NCBI RefSeq assembly: GCF_964194025.1
Contig: NC_134468.1
Location: 6,200,001 to 6,264,000, forward strand
Direction: 5' to 3'
Length of the DNA: 64,000 nt
DNA from: Convolutriloba macropyga
Taxonomy: Eukaryota
Shown here: positions 1 to 13,986 of the stretch, piece by piece
Layout of the letters: each line of letters begins with the position of its first letter
How positions within the stretch are numbered: the first letter of the stretch is position 1
Notes under the pieces: model-generated
The model's database searches: none
What the model saw: the letters and a program-made list of their open reading frames with translations, nothing else
Told to the model about the DNA's origin: nothing
Position numbers and translations under genes: made by a program

Positions 1-3000
1 TAAAATAAAAAAGTTTTGAAGTACAAGGAATTGGATACTGCATTGAGTAACACCATTCATTCAATTCTCAATTAGAAGCTTATTAGACCTCAGCATTTTA
101 CGACTGCATAAAGAACAAAAAACGGGCAAAACCAGCATATCAAAAAAAGAGAAAAGTGTCGAAGTCATTAAAAAGAACTCTTCGTAAAAACTTTCCTACT
201 TTAAACTAAATTTTTAACAGCTATGGAATTCGTCTTTATTAACAAAATGACTTCAAAAAATCAACAAATATGAACAAATATATTAAAACCTCGAGATTTT
301 TGAGAAAACCCGTAGTATCAACGCCATTAAAATCAATAGCTTTCAAAAGAAGTCAATAAATACGCAAAACTATGCCTCGATGGGAGAAAAATCAAGTTTG
401 CCACTCAAAAGTCATCGATAGGACATAACAATAAGTCTTATGACTATGAAAACAACAACATTTATAGGCAAAAGCAAAAAAATTCAAAACAGTGCGAAAG
501 AAAATGTCGATGCCATTTAAACCAAAAGATATTCTCGAAAACATTTATCAATGATCCATTGAACGTGTTCTCTAAGCCGATGAGAACTATCATTGTTCCA
601 CATTCGAAAGATTTCAGAAGGAACCAAAATTATGAAAAAATATCCAAAATTTAAAAAAATATATGAAGACTCGTGGCGTCGAAGTAAAAAAAAACCAATA
701 GTTGGTAAATAAAACCGCTAACCAAATAAATTTTGGTTGTAGCAGAAAGAAAGGGGGTCCTGTCATTGCAGAGACTGACTTAAAGTGTATAAAAAATAAG
801 TTTAAGATCGGTTAATGTTCAAAAACAACTTTGAAGAATTATTTTTTAACATCTTAACAGCCATTAACTGACTCCGCTCCTCAAATCACTAGGTAGGTTC
901 ACTTAAGGCTCATCAGGAAGCCTATTGTGCTTTAAGACAACGAAACATAATTTTGATTTAACGTTTTTATTGAAATACTTTAAACCACGATAACTCTTCG
1001 AGAAAAAACGAAATTCAAAAAACATCTTTAATTTCGAATTCCACGCTGGATGACCTTTTTAATGATACCACTCACATTTCTCTACGATGGATATCTCGAT
1101 CGGCCAAAATTGACAGAACAAAAAAAATTGAGTATATAGTTCCGCCCACAAGTGGGGTTGGCCCAATCAAGTGGGGGAAACAAAAACTAAAAACAGTTAA
1201 CTGTTGCCAATAAAACGAAGGCAACTTGGAAATCGTTGCCTTATAAGCCATAAATAAGGCAATCGACTTTGATCGTCACTTTTGATGTACTGATTTAATT
1301 AGGTCCACTAACTATGCAATTTTACTTGATTCAAAACCCAACTCTTCTGGCTGTATCTTAGATACAAATAAAAATAAAGAGTATTGCAACCTATCAAATA
1401 TAACAGATACTCAAACATGCAAACACATGGGCCGATTCATTTTTAACCCTTCTTCTTCAATGCTTTGATGAGGCCTTCCATACAAATTTTGGGAAGCTAT
1501 TGCCGGAAAAAAAATGAGCTAAAACCTGAGCAGAAGATATCGTCAAAGAGGCTTGGTAGTAACATCAGCAGCTATGTTGGGAAACGTTCACTGTTGATTG
1601 TGGAACACTAAAATCTCATTACTTCATTATGAAGATTTCTGGAGGTCTTGACAGTCAAACATTGCTTAACTTTTCAGTCTCTCGGCTCGTTATTGTCTAT
1701 AACAGCAATATTGCGAAAACGTCAATCAGCAACCGTTATAAAATATTCACCAAGAACTTCAGCTATATCGGTATTTGAGGCGAATCACAGTTATTGTCCA
1801 ACATAATACGAAGAATCGCATTCACTTTTATACTCCTGAGTACAAAATAGTTTGTCAACTGTGGAGGTACACGCCCCGTACACGAAGTATACTATGTCAC
1901 GTTAAGTAGATTCAGAAAAACTAGTCTGCACGGAATAGGACAATTACTGATTTTTTGTCGATTTGAGTAAAACGTCTTCCTGTTACATTTCTAGTTGAGA
2001 ATGCACTGTATATAGCGGGTTTGAAATAGAAGAAAAAAGCTGCTCTTCTATATATAAAACAGAACTCGATATGAATAATTGACAAATTGGCAAAACTGAA
2101 AACTAAAAAGATTAGCTTATATTGACAATTTGAGTTGGCTAAGGCGACCAATAATAAATTAAAAATCGGTTTATTTAGTCGATCTGACTCAGTCAACAAT
2201 ACAATACAATTGTTTATCAGCAGCATCTGTTGAATCAATTTGTAGTCTGTCATAGATCACGTTGAGATTGCAAATCCGGAAGGTTTTTCAGGCCTTTTTG
2301 CTTTAAGTCGAATCGGCGATAAAGCAGATTTTCCCCCTTCAAACGCTAGTAATACATCATTTTGGCTTTACAAAGGTATTAGTTCCTTTTAACCTAAAAG
2401 CATTCAACATGAGAAGACGTATACCGGATTCATTATTAAGAAGAACTTCAAGTGGTTGATAGACGGCACTAGGAACACGCTTTTTAGGGCCCCGTTATAT
2501 CGATCTTCTACCAAATGTTGCAGCTACGCTCCTTTTGTGAAATAACATTTTTTAAATGCCATAACACTAAATAGTACATCTGGACAGACCAGTTAGTTTA
2601 GGAAAACAATTGCTTCATGAGAAAACAAATAATTAAAGTCGAGATCTGTCCCTAAAGAACAAAATATTGCAATCCATAATACTTTGTAAAAAAAAACTGG
2701 GTTCTTTATACAAACTAAAAAATGACGGTGAGCAAAAAATGATGGCATAATTTAAAAAAAAAACGAGACAAAATAACCGTTAAACCGTTTTGTGCAAGTA
2801 GAAAAATAAGCAGCTTGAACTTTCAATTGTTTCTCAGAACTAGGACTTATATTACACCAGAAACTAAGAAAAAACAACAAATTAACAAAAACAAATTCTG
2901 ATATCAAACACGAAACAAACATAATAAAAGGCTGTTCGCGGCTTTGAAACTGCTTTGGTTATTAAATTACGTTTTAAACAATGAAGTCGTTTAACACAAT

Positions 3001-3475
3001 TTTTAATCGGTGAATTATTACAACAAGTTAAATAAATGTTGCTGAGAGTAACCAGTGAAATTGGTTATTATTTGTTACCAACCAAATTTTGATGGAAAAA
3101 TTGAATTTACGTCTCAAAAAATGTTTAACCGGAAAGAGGTGTATAGTTAACAAAAAATTAAAACAATATTCATGAAAAAGGCAACTTTACGGAACTTGTA
3201 TGGCGGCAAACATAAAAAACATATTCAGAAATTGTTGCTATTCCGGCCGATATTTTCCCTCAAACTTAGAATATAGTGATGTGATTGATCATTTAACTAC
3301 GACGATCAATAGGCTACTGTGAAATGCAGTATTCACTGTCACAAAACAGGCCAATCAATACTAGAAAACTATATGAAACAAATTTCAAATAATAACAAAA
3401 GTTTAACAAATTCAGATAATCAGAAAACATCAGTTACTGACTTGATCAAGAATTAACAAAAAGTTATTATCAATA

Positions 3476-5794
3476 TTATTTGTGATTTGCTAATGGCCTG
3501 CGCCGTTTGGCCCTACCATTGTTACCAACTCCTATGTTATCATTCAGGCAATCTTTAATTTCATCAGGTTGCTTCGCTGTTGTTGACACAGTGTCTTTCA
3601 CATACTGAATATCCCGTCTCGCATCTTTTCTATTAGGTTCAGCTTCAACGGGTGTGGGCGGAAAATCCAGGGACCAAAAATGTTTGGGTGTTTTTGGTGG
3701 AGTATAATGAACTCTGTGTCGTGAACAACCGTCAATTCGTTTTGCAATTTCATCTTCACCCAAACCCGCAGATCGATAATACTCTTCGCAGTCTTTGCAC
3801 GATTTTCCCGTCATTTGCTGTCGCGCAGCTTGATCTCGGACGACCTTATTAAACTTGAACTTCGGCTTTTCGACATCCTCGGATGGTATGACGTCATAAC
3901 TGTCCTGGAGAACAACAACACTTTGGTCCAGTACCTCACGAGCCGATTTTGCTTTATTTTCTTGCTTTTCAACAAATTTGGACTCCACTTTTTTGCCTTT
4001 TGAAGCAGTTTTCTTCGGGACCAGTTTCAACTTGCTCTGCCCATCGGGGTAAAAACTTTTGGTGTATGTTATCTTAGCAGCACGAGGTCGTATACCATGC
4101 ACTTTATTGGACTGCTTGGGTTTAGATTTCTCCCCGCTGGTCTTTAAAACTTCACATGGCTGGCTAAACAATGTTTGCTCTTCTACAATGATAGGAGAAT
4201 TATCTGGGCTTCTATTTGCGTTTTTTATTGCTACAATTTCTTTAGAATTTGCTTCAACGGGCGAAACTTGAAGCGACACACTTTCGCCAATTTTTGTACG
4301 ATCAATAATTTGAGTTGAGCAGACTTTTTTACCTGAATTTAGAATACTCGAATTTACAACCTCTGGTCCAAAAAACATACTGTCCAATTCAGTTTCATTG
4401 CCATGGTGACAAAAATCAGGAACATCAAGCGGATCCATTGCAAACGTGTCTGGTATAATATTAGTTTTCTCAGTCGCTGACGTCAGAACCAGCCTTCGCT
4501 TGCTTCGAGGTGACGGCGTATCAGAAACTATAACTTGCGCCTTACTCGCTGAAAGCGTTTTTCTAGAGGAGTTACAGAGAAGTTCTTTTGTGCTTTTATC
4601 ATGAGACAGGGATTCCTGTTGAGATTGAAACGTTTGAAGTGAATTCAAAGCAGGCGATTTGTTTGAAACATTCGGAGCTCCACGTGATCGACTTATAATC
4701 GGACTTGGAACACCATCACCCTCGTCTGAACTCGTTTCATCATCTATTTTATCATCATTATGTTTTACTTGAGAAATTTTAATTTTTTCTATGGTATCAA
4801 TTTTATTCGATTTGAAATTATTGTCATTCTTTATGGAATCAATTTCATTCTCTTTAAAATTATTGTCATCATCTTCAACTTTTTGATACTTTGAATTAAG
4901 TGCAGAGGCTCTGAGTTCATCGCTAGAGCGTTTTTGCGATCGTTTGAACTCAAATTTTCTCTCAACAGGGGTTTCAGTTTTTGTTCCTTGAATATCTCCT
5001 GAACAGGGTTTATTAGCACTTTCTGTCACGTTTACGGAACTCTCTATAACATTCAAGGAGCCAGTGAGAACAGTTTCATTCTCGACAGACTTGCCTAGTT
5101 TATTCAAGCTTTTAGTCGAGTCCAATATTGATTTGCTTATTCGTCCAGCACCTGATTTGAAATCCGTTTTTGTAGCGCTGCTTCCTATAGGCGTCGAATG
5201 ATTTTCCTTTCTCACGTGAAAACTCAATTTTGATTTGTCAAAACTAGATCTTCTTTTATCGTTTAAACCTAAGTCTTCTTCAGTATGGCAAGTTTCGGGT
5301 ATTGAAATCTGATTTTTGTCATCTTGTGGGCTTGTTTGACCAATCACAGTGCGAGATTTCTCAGGGCCATGACTTAAAAATTTCAAGTCTTTGAACAAAA
5401 TTTTCTTTCCGTTCAAAGCTAAGCTGCTCAACTTTTTAGGAGTTCGTTTGGCGGGTGACTTTTCAGCAATCGAACATTCAGTAATTGACGTTTCGATTCG
5501 CTTAGTGTCACTAGTTTGAAGTTCTTTAACAGAATTCGAACTTGACTTACATTGACATTCTGAACGTCTGCGGGTCGTCTCTTTCGTCAGCCGTTCGAGT
5601 TCGTTTTTACATTTGACATATTTAATACTGAGTGAATCTTTATCTGATTGTGTTTTCTCCAACCTTTCAGCCAATTGCGATATTTGCTTTTCGTACTGTG
5701 ACTTCAAATTCGTAATTGACTCACCCAACCCTCTGAGATACAGGGAGATTTGAACGTGAACATCTGTTGGATCGTGATTACTCTCGGCTGCCAT
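3476..5794 (-). CDS. RBBP8: CtIP/RBBP8 (Sae2/Ctp1-family DNA end-resection factor), 772 aa, uninterrupted ORF
   Basis: N-terminal coiled coil, long low-complexity S/T/K-rich middle, C-terminal SAE2 domain: KFNKVVR...GKSCKDCEEYY (CxxC)...CSRHR...PPKTPKHFWSLDFP, matching human [23 protein letters not shown]. Confidence 0.92.
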   Translation of the reverse strand: MAAESNHDPTDVHVQISLYLRGLGESITNLKSQYEKQISQLAERLEKTQSDKDSLSIKYVKCKNELERLTKETTRRRSECQCKSSSNSVKELQTSDTKRIETSITECSIAEKSPAKRTPKKLSSLALNGKKILFKDLKFLSHGPEKSRTVIGQTSPQDDKNQISIPETCHTEEDLGLNDKRRSSFDKSKLSFHVRKENHSTPIGSSATKTDFKSGAGRISKSILDSTKSLNKLGKSVENETVLTGSLNVIESSVNVTESANKPCSGDIQGTKTETPVERKFEFKRSQKRSSDELRASALNSKYQKVEDDDNNFKENEIDSIKNDNNFKSNKIDTIEKIKISQVKHNDDKIDDETSSDEGDGVPSPIISRSRGAPNVSNKSPALNSLQTFQSQQESLSHDKSTKELLCNSSRKTLSASKAQVIVSDTPSPRSKRRLVLTSATEKTNIIPDTFAMDPLDVPDFCHHGNETELDSMFFGPEVVNSSILNSGKKVCSTQIIDRTKIGESVSLQVSPVEANSKEIVAIKNANRSPDNSPIIVEEQTLFSQPCEVLKTSGEKSKPKQSNKVHGIRPRAAKITYTKSFYPDGQSKLKLVPKKTASKGKKVESKFVEKQENKAKSAREVLDQSVVVLQDSYDVIPSEDVEKPKFKFNKVVRDQAARQQMTGKSCKDCEEYYRSAGLGEDEIAKRIDGCSRHRVHYTPPKTPKHFWSLDFPPTPVEAEPNRKDARRDIQYVKDTVSTTAKQPDEIKDCLNDNIGVGNNGRAKRRRPLANHK

Positions 5795-8700
5795 AATTAC
5801 AATTTCACAAATAGTTAACCATAGGTGAAAACCTGAAAGACACTTTCTCCCTTAGTAATAACAAATTTTATTAAAATGCAACCCTAAAAAATGATGTAAT
5901 TAACAACCATTAAACCAATTTTCTTAAAATCTTGTAAAAAGCCAAAAACAATACATTGAAATGAGTACTTTGGTATGAGTACTTCAGCCTCATTAGTGTT
6001 GGGGGAGTACTTTGGTATGAAACGCTGATATATTTTACTGGTTCATAACTGTTTCAATATAGTGAACCACTTTTAGCTCCAACAAATTTGGATTGGAATG
6101 TGATCCTCCTGGAAAAAATACAAGTTTGAAAAAGTCTCGTTTTCTAAAATCTTTGGAGAAAATGGAATTAATTGAGTTAGCGAGTAAGGCAGCGACTCGT
6201 GAGAAAATTAGTGTCCACCTCCCCGAGTACGTTATGCACTCCACAGTTACAGAACACATGCTATTGCATAGTAAATCATCACGTAAAAATCGTCAGACGA
6301 GTCATAGTAAAAAAATGAATGAACAAGTCGAACCACCGGCCAACCCAGCGAAATAATGATCGAGGAAAAAAGCGAAAAGATCAAACAAAAAATTTGCACT
6401 AAAAAGATACGCATGTCTGCAATAATTTCATTAAACTCGGGTCCCGAACAAATATAATCTTCTGATAAAAATGTCCAATTGATGTTACTTTATTTAAAAA
6501 TATAGCTGAACCACTCTGTTTAATTTTAAAACAAATTTCAGAAAACTGATCAAATGTTCTAGAAATAAATATTGAAACAAAAATTCAATCGGATAAACTG
6601 ACTGAGTAGAATTGGCAGTGAAGCAGCTTGAACGAACAATTCTAGACAGTTGCAAAAAATTTAAGAAAAATGTGCTGCAGACATCATGAAAGCGTTTTAA
6701 AAAAAAATAGAAAAAAAAGTTACGGACATTCATTTTTTCACTCTTCGATTATGATGGAAACACAGTCTTGGAGTAACAAAATATCTTCCTCCGAAAACAA
6801 TTGTTGCGAGGCAAAGATTTCAGAAGGGGGCAGAGGCTAGAAAAAACTTTCATGGTGCAAAAATTTCTGACTGTGGAGGGGTAGGAGTCCTTGAACTCTG
6901 GGATGAGTCTGGGATATGAAACTCTACACTACACGATATATGTGTGACATCGCTTACAATCGGTTTTATTTTAGCAACAGGAGTAAAAACAGAATTAAAA
7001 AGAGTCAAGCATGAAAAAAGTTTCCCAAAAAGTGAAATCGAAAGCCAAGTGAAAATCTTGCATCAAATTTGACATCAAAAGTGCTTCGAATTTGTTCCAG
7101 AAAAATTTAATAAAACTACAATGAGCTACCTGAGTCACAACTTGAAATTGCGTCATTGCACCAAAAAGACTTTAATTTCTTAATTGCAAAAAAAAGATTA
7201 GATTCAATCTGTTAAATATTGGAAAAATATGGCAGACTGTAATAAAATAGTTGCAATGACTTCAAAGACCTGTAGTCTCAAAATTCTGAAATCTTAAATT
7301 AACTTGACATGAGTACTGAAAAATTGCCTTCCAGTAACTTCGAATTAGAGAACATTTAAATCATCCTATCCTAGGAGGCAAAAAATCAATGAAAGAGGGC
7401 GAAAGCAGAACAAAAAACAACAGGACAAGTCCTCAACTACAATCCGAAGGATTGAACTACTAAAAACCAGGCTGTCAGCCTCTGTAGAGGAACAACTTTC
7501 AATAATAATCATAATGAAAAAAAAACAAACACAAACAGAAAAATTATTAATTCACTTATTTTTTGAAAAGTTTTCTCTGAGAAAAAAATTGCTGATTCAT
7601 TCATTAAAACGATTAAGAAGATATTACACATCGTTTACGCAACACAAACATAGACGGTCAAACCCTACTCTTGTAGGAAACAAATTAAAGACAACGGAGA
7701 CATTCGATTTGCACCAACCTCTTGCGCCAAACAAGTAGTTAGAAATAAGAAAACTGTTGAAAACTGTTGAAATACGTAACTTCCAATCTTCAGACCATTA
7801 AAAACTCCTAATTAGAAAGCGACCGAAAAAATTACAGGTACTAAAAAATGGATGATGACAAAAAAATAAATGAAGGCAGCGAGACAAGCTCTCTGAAATC
7901 TGAATATCATTTTGAATGAACACTTCAAAAAAATGAGCTGCAAACTGGAAACATGAAAAATATTCAATTGAACGAATTTAAATATATTCATTGATTTATA
8001 TTCATAGAGTTGAAAATTAACTAAAAATATTCAGTAAATATAATTAAGCCTCAGTGGAGAACCAATAAATTGTCATTGACGAGGCTATGTGAGGGGACAA
8101 CAAAAAAATCTACAAATCTGTAAAACTCACTGGTACATTGAATTAGCGAACAGCTTCAATTATTCCACATTCGAGGACCATTGCAAACTGACATTAATTA
8201 AGCTAAGAAACAAGATAAAAAATTGAATAAGACTTAAAAAATCATTTTTTTCCGAAAGTAAGTTCAGACATAGTTAGAATATTTACATATTAATTGAGAT
8301 TATCAAACAACGTATTTTACGCCTCTTTCAAGAGCCAATGCGAAAAGCCATTCACGAGACTGAGAAACGCGACAACAGAATAAGAACTGCAAAGCTAGAG
8401 ACACTGTTTCTCTATTAGAAAACAAGGTCTAGGACATATAAACAGTTAACTGCTCTTCGATGAATTAAAAAAAAACCTCTCAACATTATTAAAACACTTG
8501 AACGAACCGTTGAAATCTTTAGGGAAAAAATCAATAGAAAAAATTGCAAACAGCAGTCAATATGCCGCAAGAGAAAAAATTTTATGGAAAATCTTTTCTA
8601 ATTTCTCAATTCACTTTAAAAGGAGTTCGACAAAATATTACGTCTTTCAAACCTCGTTTTTGCACTCCCTTTACCAATCTTAGATCACAACTCTGATCTG

Positions 8701-11700
8701 ACTTCTCAGAGACAACAAAGGGTCGAAAAAAGTGATAAATGATCTTAAAGTATGACTTTGACCGCCGATAATTATAAAATTCATAGAAGAATTCTACTAA
8801 ATCAAACACTCTGATTCTGTCCAATCAATGCGCTGTTGCACAAAATACACAGCGAAAAAAGAATAAATACGAAATCTGATCACCTTTCGTTTTTTACAAA
8901 ACTTTTTAGAGTGGTTTCTAAGCTGTGAAAATTGAACATCCCCCAAAAAACTTCTAACTTCTGATTTGATGTTTTTTCATTAAACAACTACAAACGTGTT
9001 CGAATAAACAATAAATAATAAAGCAAAAAAATGTGTTTCAGAACACTTAAGTACTAGATTTCATTGAAAAAAATTCATTGGCATGCCAAACATACTAGTC
9101 AAAAGTCTCCTGTTTAGTGAAACAACTCCAGACAATTTCACAAAAACAATGAGCAAAAACTTTTGAAACAGCTGCCACATTGCCCAAAAAAGCCACAACA
9201 GCTTCGTAGATCTGCTGTCTGAAAAAGATAGTAAAATAAACAGACCAAAAGTGAGACGGTATATTTTGATTAAGAATCTGCATAACATTGTTTATTCTCA
9301 TACGAATGAACAAAAAATCTCCCTCCAATCAGAACAAAAAAAAGACGTCACAAACACAATTCAGTTGAACTTGCATGATCAAACAACAAAAAGCAGAATT
9401 GAAACGATTGTGACTAGCACTCACTTGACCTTATGTCATTGAATTAAAGCAAAGAGAAGTCAGTTTCAGATTGAGGAAGACATTTTTGAAAGTGAGGTAA
9501 GTCACGTGTGATCGAAAATTAAATCACGTGAATGGACAAAAATTAGCTCACCTAAGAGTGGAAAATGACGTCACGCTTGCAATTCACTTAAAATTGCAAG
9601 AGCAGACAACAAAAACAGATTGGAAGCGATTGTGACGTCATATGGCTTTAACAAAAAACTGGACGACGAAATAAAAAACAAGAAGGCCAATAATAATTAA
9701 AAATACGAAATATTAAAAATAATAATTAAAAATACGCGGCAATTAAAAATACGAAACCAGAAAAAACAGGGAGAACAGATAAAAACTACCAAAATCAATC
9801 CCAAATTGGAATTTATTCTATCATTTTTCTGTAACAAAAACATAGCTTACAGATTGCCAGAAAATAGCCGCGGAAGCTTTGTAGATCTACAGTCTCGAAT
9901 AGATAAAAAAAAGGACCAAAAAGAAATTTCTTCTGTTCATTAAAGACAGAGATGTTATATTTTTGATTGAGAAAGTTCAACAAATTGCTGCTTCTATCAG
10001 CCGCTCTCAAACAAACTTCAATTAGTGTGACACGCACTCAATTGACTATCTCCTCGAACTAAAGTGAAGAGAAGCCAGTTTCAGAGTGTGGAAGTCAATT
10101 TTGTGAGGAGGTCAAGTGAGGCAAGGCACGAGTGACCGAAAACTTAATCAGGCAAATGGACAAAAAATTCGCTCTATTGAGAGAAGAAAATGGCGTCACA
10201 CAAGCAATTCATTTAAAATTGCATGAACGAATGAACAAAAAACCTTGAAGAGATTGTGATATAAAATGGTCGTAACAGAAATGTTGACGATGAAATAAAA
10301 AAACGATAGAAGGCCGACAATAGCCCGTTATCGCTTTGCAGCTATTAAACAGCAAAAAATTGATTCCATTCAAAATAAAAGGACAACTTAACTACCAGAA
10401 AAACTACCTGCAGACACGAAACCCGATAATTTCCAGAAAAATAAAAAAACAGAAAAACAAAAGGCATGAAAAATGGCAAAATGCCAACAAATAGGCCACA
10501 ATTTTAAATAAGCACTCAAAAGGAAAAGAAATCTTCCCGAGCGTACAATCATTTGCCTAAATGTTTAAGAAAACTCATTTGGGATAAGAAGTGAAAATGA
10601 AAAACTGCTTTCAAAATAAGCAAAAAAATTCTCGTCCAGCTAAAACTTTGTGATCTCTTCTTGGTCTCTCTCAAAACATCAAAACATTGTAGGAACAAAT
10701 ACCACCCTAAAATTTTTCATTGCACTTCAGTTTTGTTCAGCAGATTGGTCCAAACAATTGAGGATTTTCAATTGGAGCATTTGACTTAACATCCTGTGAA
10801 AAGAAAAGACGGCGATTAAAAAAAAGCAGACAGACGACTTCCGGAAACGAATTGAAGTGGAAAACTGACCAACATCACGTGCATGATGAAGCTCCTAAAA
10901 TGAAACATTTTGAACGAGTAAAGGAGAAAAATTGACATAAGAAAAAAATCCAACAACAAAAACTGAGAAAGCATCTGATAAAAATTTTTTAAAGGTACGG
11001 AATCCAAACCAACTATGACCATGAACTTAAATATATATTTACTTTTCATTAATCAAACGTTCACTAGTTTACTTCTCAACAATCAATCTTTATAATTTCT
11101 TCTGTGGAATCATTCACCCATTATAATATCGGCCAGAGATACATAGAATAAATAAAAAAGCACAGAAAATAAAAAAAATAGATAGTTGCATCATTTTTTT
11201 TTTCAGTGAAGCATACCCAATTTTCTTCGGCGATTTTTGTTCAACTTCCTTTAACAAAAACAACTCTATTAAATCTATTAATAATATTAAATGGAAGGAC
11301 GACCATAACTAATAGAACAACCAATGTCAACCACCGAACTCCACAAATAGGATAAAAAAATTTGTAGAAGAACACTTTGAATTTACGGTTTAAAAAACAG
11401 CAAAAAAGCCGAAATTTAGCTTCAGATAGTCAACGACGGTTCCAAACTCACTATTATGATAATTGAGGCAAACATCTTTTAAGCAAACACAATTAAATTG
11501 AAAAAAACTCCAATAGGCTAAAATTTTTTTATGACAAAGAATTTTACACTAGATTTAAATAAAAGACTACAAAACGAAATTCACTGAAGAAAACTATAAG
11601 CCGATCTAAGTTTCAAAAGGACACCACACTGAGCTGAACAACACTAATTTTAAAACATCTTACATATGTACGACTCTAGATCTAGCTAAAATCTCTTCTT

Positions 11701-11771
11701 AATTGATAAAAAAACTACCAGCGACATTAACTTAGTCAAATCAATAAGTTTCTGAAATGTGATCGTGCATA

Positions 11772-12107
11772 TTAGTCTTGCAAAGTCCACCAAAGAGAAC
11801 CACCATTGGAAGCTGAAAAGCCACGAATTTGAAATCCGATCGCCAATAGACGGTCAATGACAACTTTTGGATTAAGACGCGACTGGTAGCAGTTTCCAAT
11901 TTTAAGTAACTCTGCTTGTAGGTATTGCATCAGATCAGGGTCATCCACCTGATTAGTGCCACAAGTAGTATTGCAATCATTTCTATATATTTCACGTGTA
12001 TTGCTCACAATGACTATCACTGTAGACTGCTTTCGTTTTGAAAACCACCTCTGCGCGAAGTCATCAGCTGACTTGTGCTTGATTTCAACATTGGTGTTAG
12101 TCGACAT
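11772..12107 (-). CDS. GCHFR: GTP cyclohydrolase I feedback regulatory protein (GFRP)-like, divergent
   Basis: DPDLMQYLQA / PKVVIDRLLAIGFQI / LWWTL align with GFRP DPELMQHLGA / PRIVLDKLERRGFRV / LVWCL. ATG at 12107. Orthology is uncertain. Confidence 0.7.
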   Translation of the reverse strand: MSTNTNVEIKHKSADDFAQRWFSKRKQSTVIVIVSNTREIYRNDCNTTCGTNQVDDPDLMQYLQAELLKIGNCYQSRLNPKVVIDRLLAIGFQIRGFSASNGGSLWWTLQD

Positions 12108-13986
12108 TTTCAACCAAAATGATACTCTGAAAACTCAATAACAACGCTCGAAAATGAGAACGAAATAACGACAAAGTCTAACCAACTTGGAACCTAAATT
12201 CGGCAATTGGGTGATCCATAACTCTTCAAAAAAGAATTGAGCGCCTTCAAAACTGACAAACTACGTCGTACACACAATGTATTCGGGGGAATCAATATAA
12301 TAATGTGCAATTAAAAAATTGCTTAAATCTTTAAACATTTATTAAGACTGTCCTTTTCTCCAGATTACATCGTTAAATTTTCTACGTATTCTGGAATGGT
12401 AAACATATCTTGATGAACCCAGATAGGGTCGCACTGCACTCAGCCACCACAATGCACTAAAAATTTTCCGCCACCTCAGTGCACTAGAAATTGGATATTT
12501 CGATAAATGTTAAGAAGCTTTCGGAAATTCTAACTGAGAGAACCGCTAACTATTTTTCATAACAAATAATATAAAATTTGTTCCGAAATTTACAAATATT
12601 GCATTTCCTGTCGTGGTGATAATTAATTTTCAAACAGTGAGAGTATCAAATCTCATAATTCAGAAATAACAGGAAAACGGTGGATTGAAAAATAATTTTA
12701 ATTTTTTTGGCTTCTTTTTAGAAAATGATGAGTCTTAATTTTTATTTCAAAATGCTTTGGATTCTTTGAAAAATATCTTGGCATAAAATACAGCAAAGAC
12801 ATACAATATAGCATATATGCGAAAATTTTTTTAAAAACCCAGTTTTCCTGATATCTTCTTAACCAACAAAGAGATCCTCTTTTTTGCTCAAAAAGTGTTC
12901 TTCTGAAATACGTTTTAAAAGTGAAAATTTTTACAATTAGAGATTTAAAACATTGGATTATATTACTGTCTTTTCTATTTTACAATTCACAGAAATCTGA
13001 TTGTATAGGGATCTTTGCATTTTTCATGGCTCTAAGAGCAATACGGGCGATGTATTATTCAAAACTAATTACTCTTTTGAGACGATACAATGTCTAATGT
13101 TACAAGGGAAAAAGAATCGATACTTATTCAGTGTTAGCTTATAATTTTATAGCCAAAATGGTGCTTCTTTACAAATATTAATAACAAATTGTCCGCATGG
13201 ATCAATTCTGACCACTTTAAGCAGTCATAAGACTTTTTTTACATGCAACTTTAGATATTTCTCTTGTCTTTTTACCGTTTTTTGAGGAGTATTTTGGTTT
13301 TCGGCTCCAATTAGCACTTCTGCGGTTTAATGGTATTTTGAATTTTCATGGCCAAAACAATACGTTATTCAATCTCCGCGAATTGTTGAGATCTCACAAC
13401 TTGCAGTAAAAATTGTAAAAAAAAATTGAATCTGCTAATTGTTTTCTTTTGCTGTTCCTCGGTTTTCTCCTACACGTGTTATTTTTCTTGTATTGAATAT
13501 CCTTTATTGAACTAAATATCAAACGGTCTGCTGAGAGTAAGGGCTCGGAGTCAAAACTAAAACTCCATTTTTTTCGAAACTGAATTTTAAAGTGGAATTG
13601 CTTGGGTCAGATAAATGGCCGGAGCCTAAATCAAGCCTTACCTCAAGTCGGTGACAGAGCCTTCATGCTTTTCTAAGATATATGATGCAATCATTTTTCA
13701 ATTTTCTGATGTCTAATTGTAGTAATTTTGATCACGTTTGGGGCGTGAAATTTATTGTGACTGCTTTTGAAGCAGAGTGAGAAAATGATGTCCAAAAAAA
13801 CCGTGCTAAAAATTTATCGTGATTAGTTACTTTTGCCATGCCAAAATGCAAAAATATTGTCATGCCTAACAAAATTTTGTCTACTTCTTTAATCTTGAGT
13901 TTTTTGCAATCGGTTTTTGAAGATCGTTCCTAGGTAATTCGAAGTATAAAGGTTGGTTTTCATTGTTAGCAATCGATTTCGAAAAC

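Noticed and set aside
1921-2253. 110-aa ORF and the many other short hydrophobic/Lys-rich ORFs in the track
   Set aside because: Composition expected from AT-rich non-coding DNA, or antisense shadows of real exons.
6093-6356. 87-aa ORF divergent from CtIP
   Set aside because: No homology or splice support visible.
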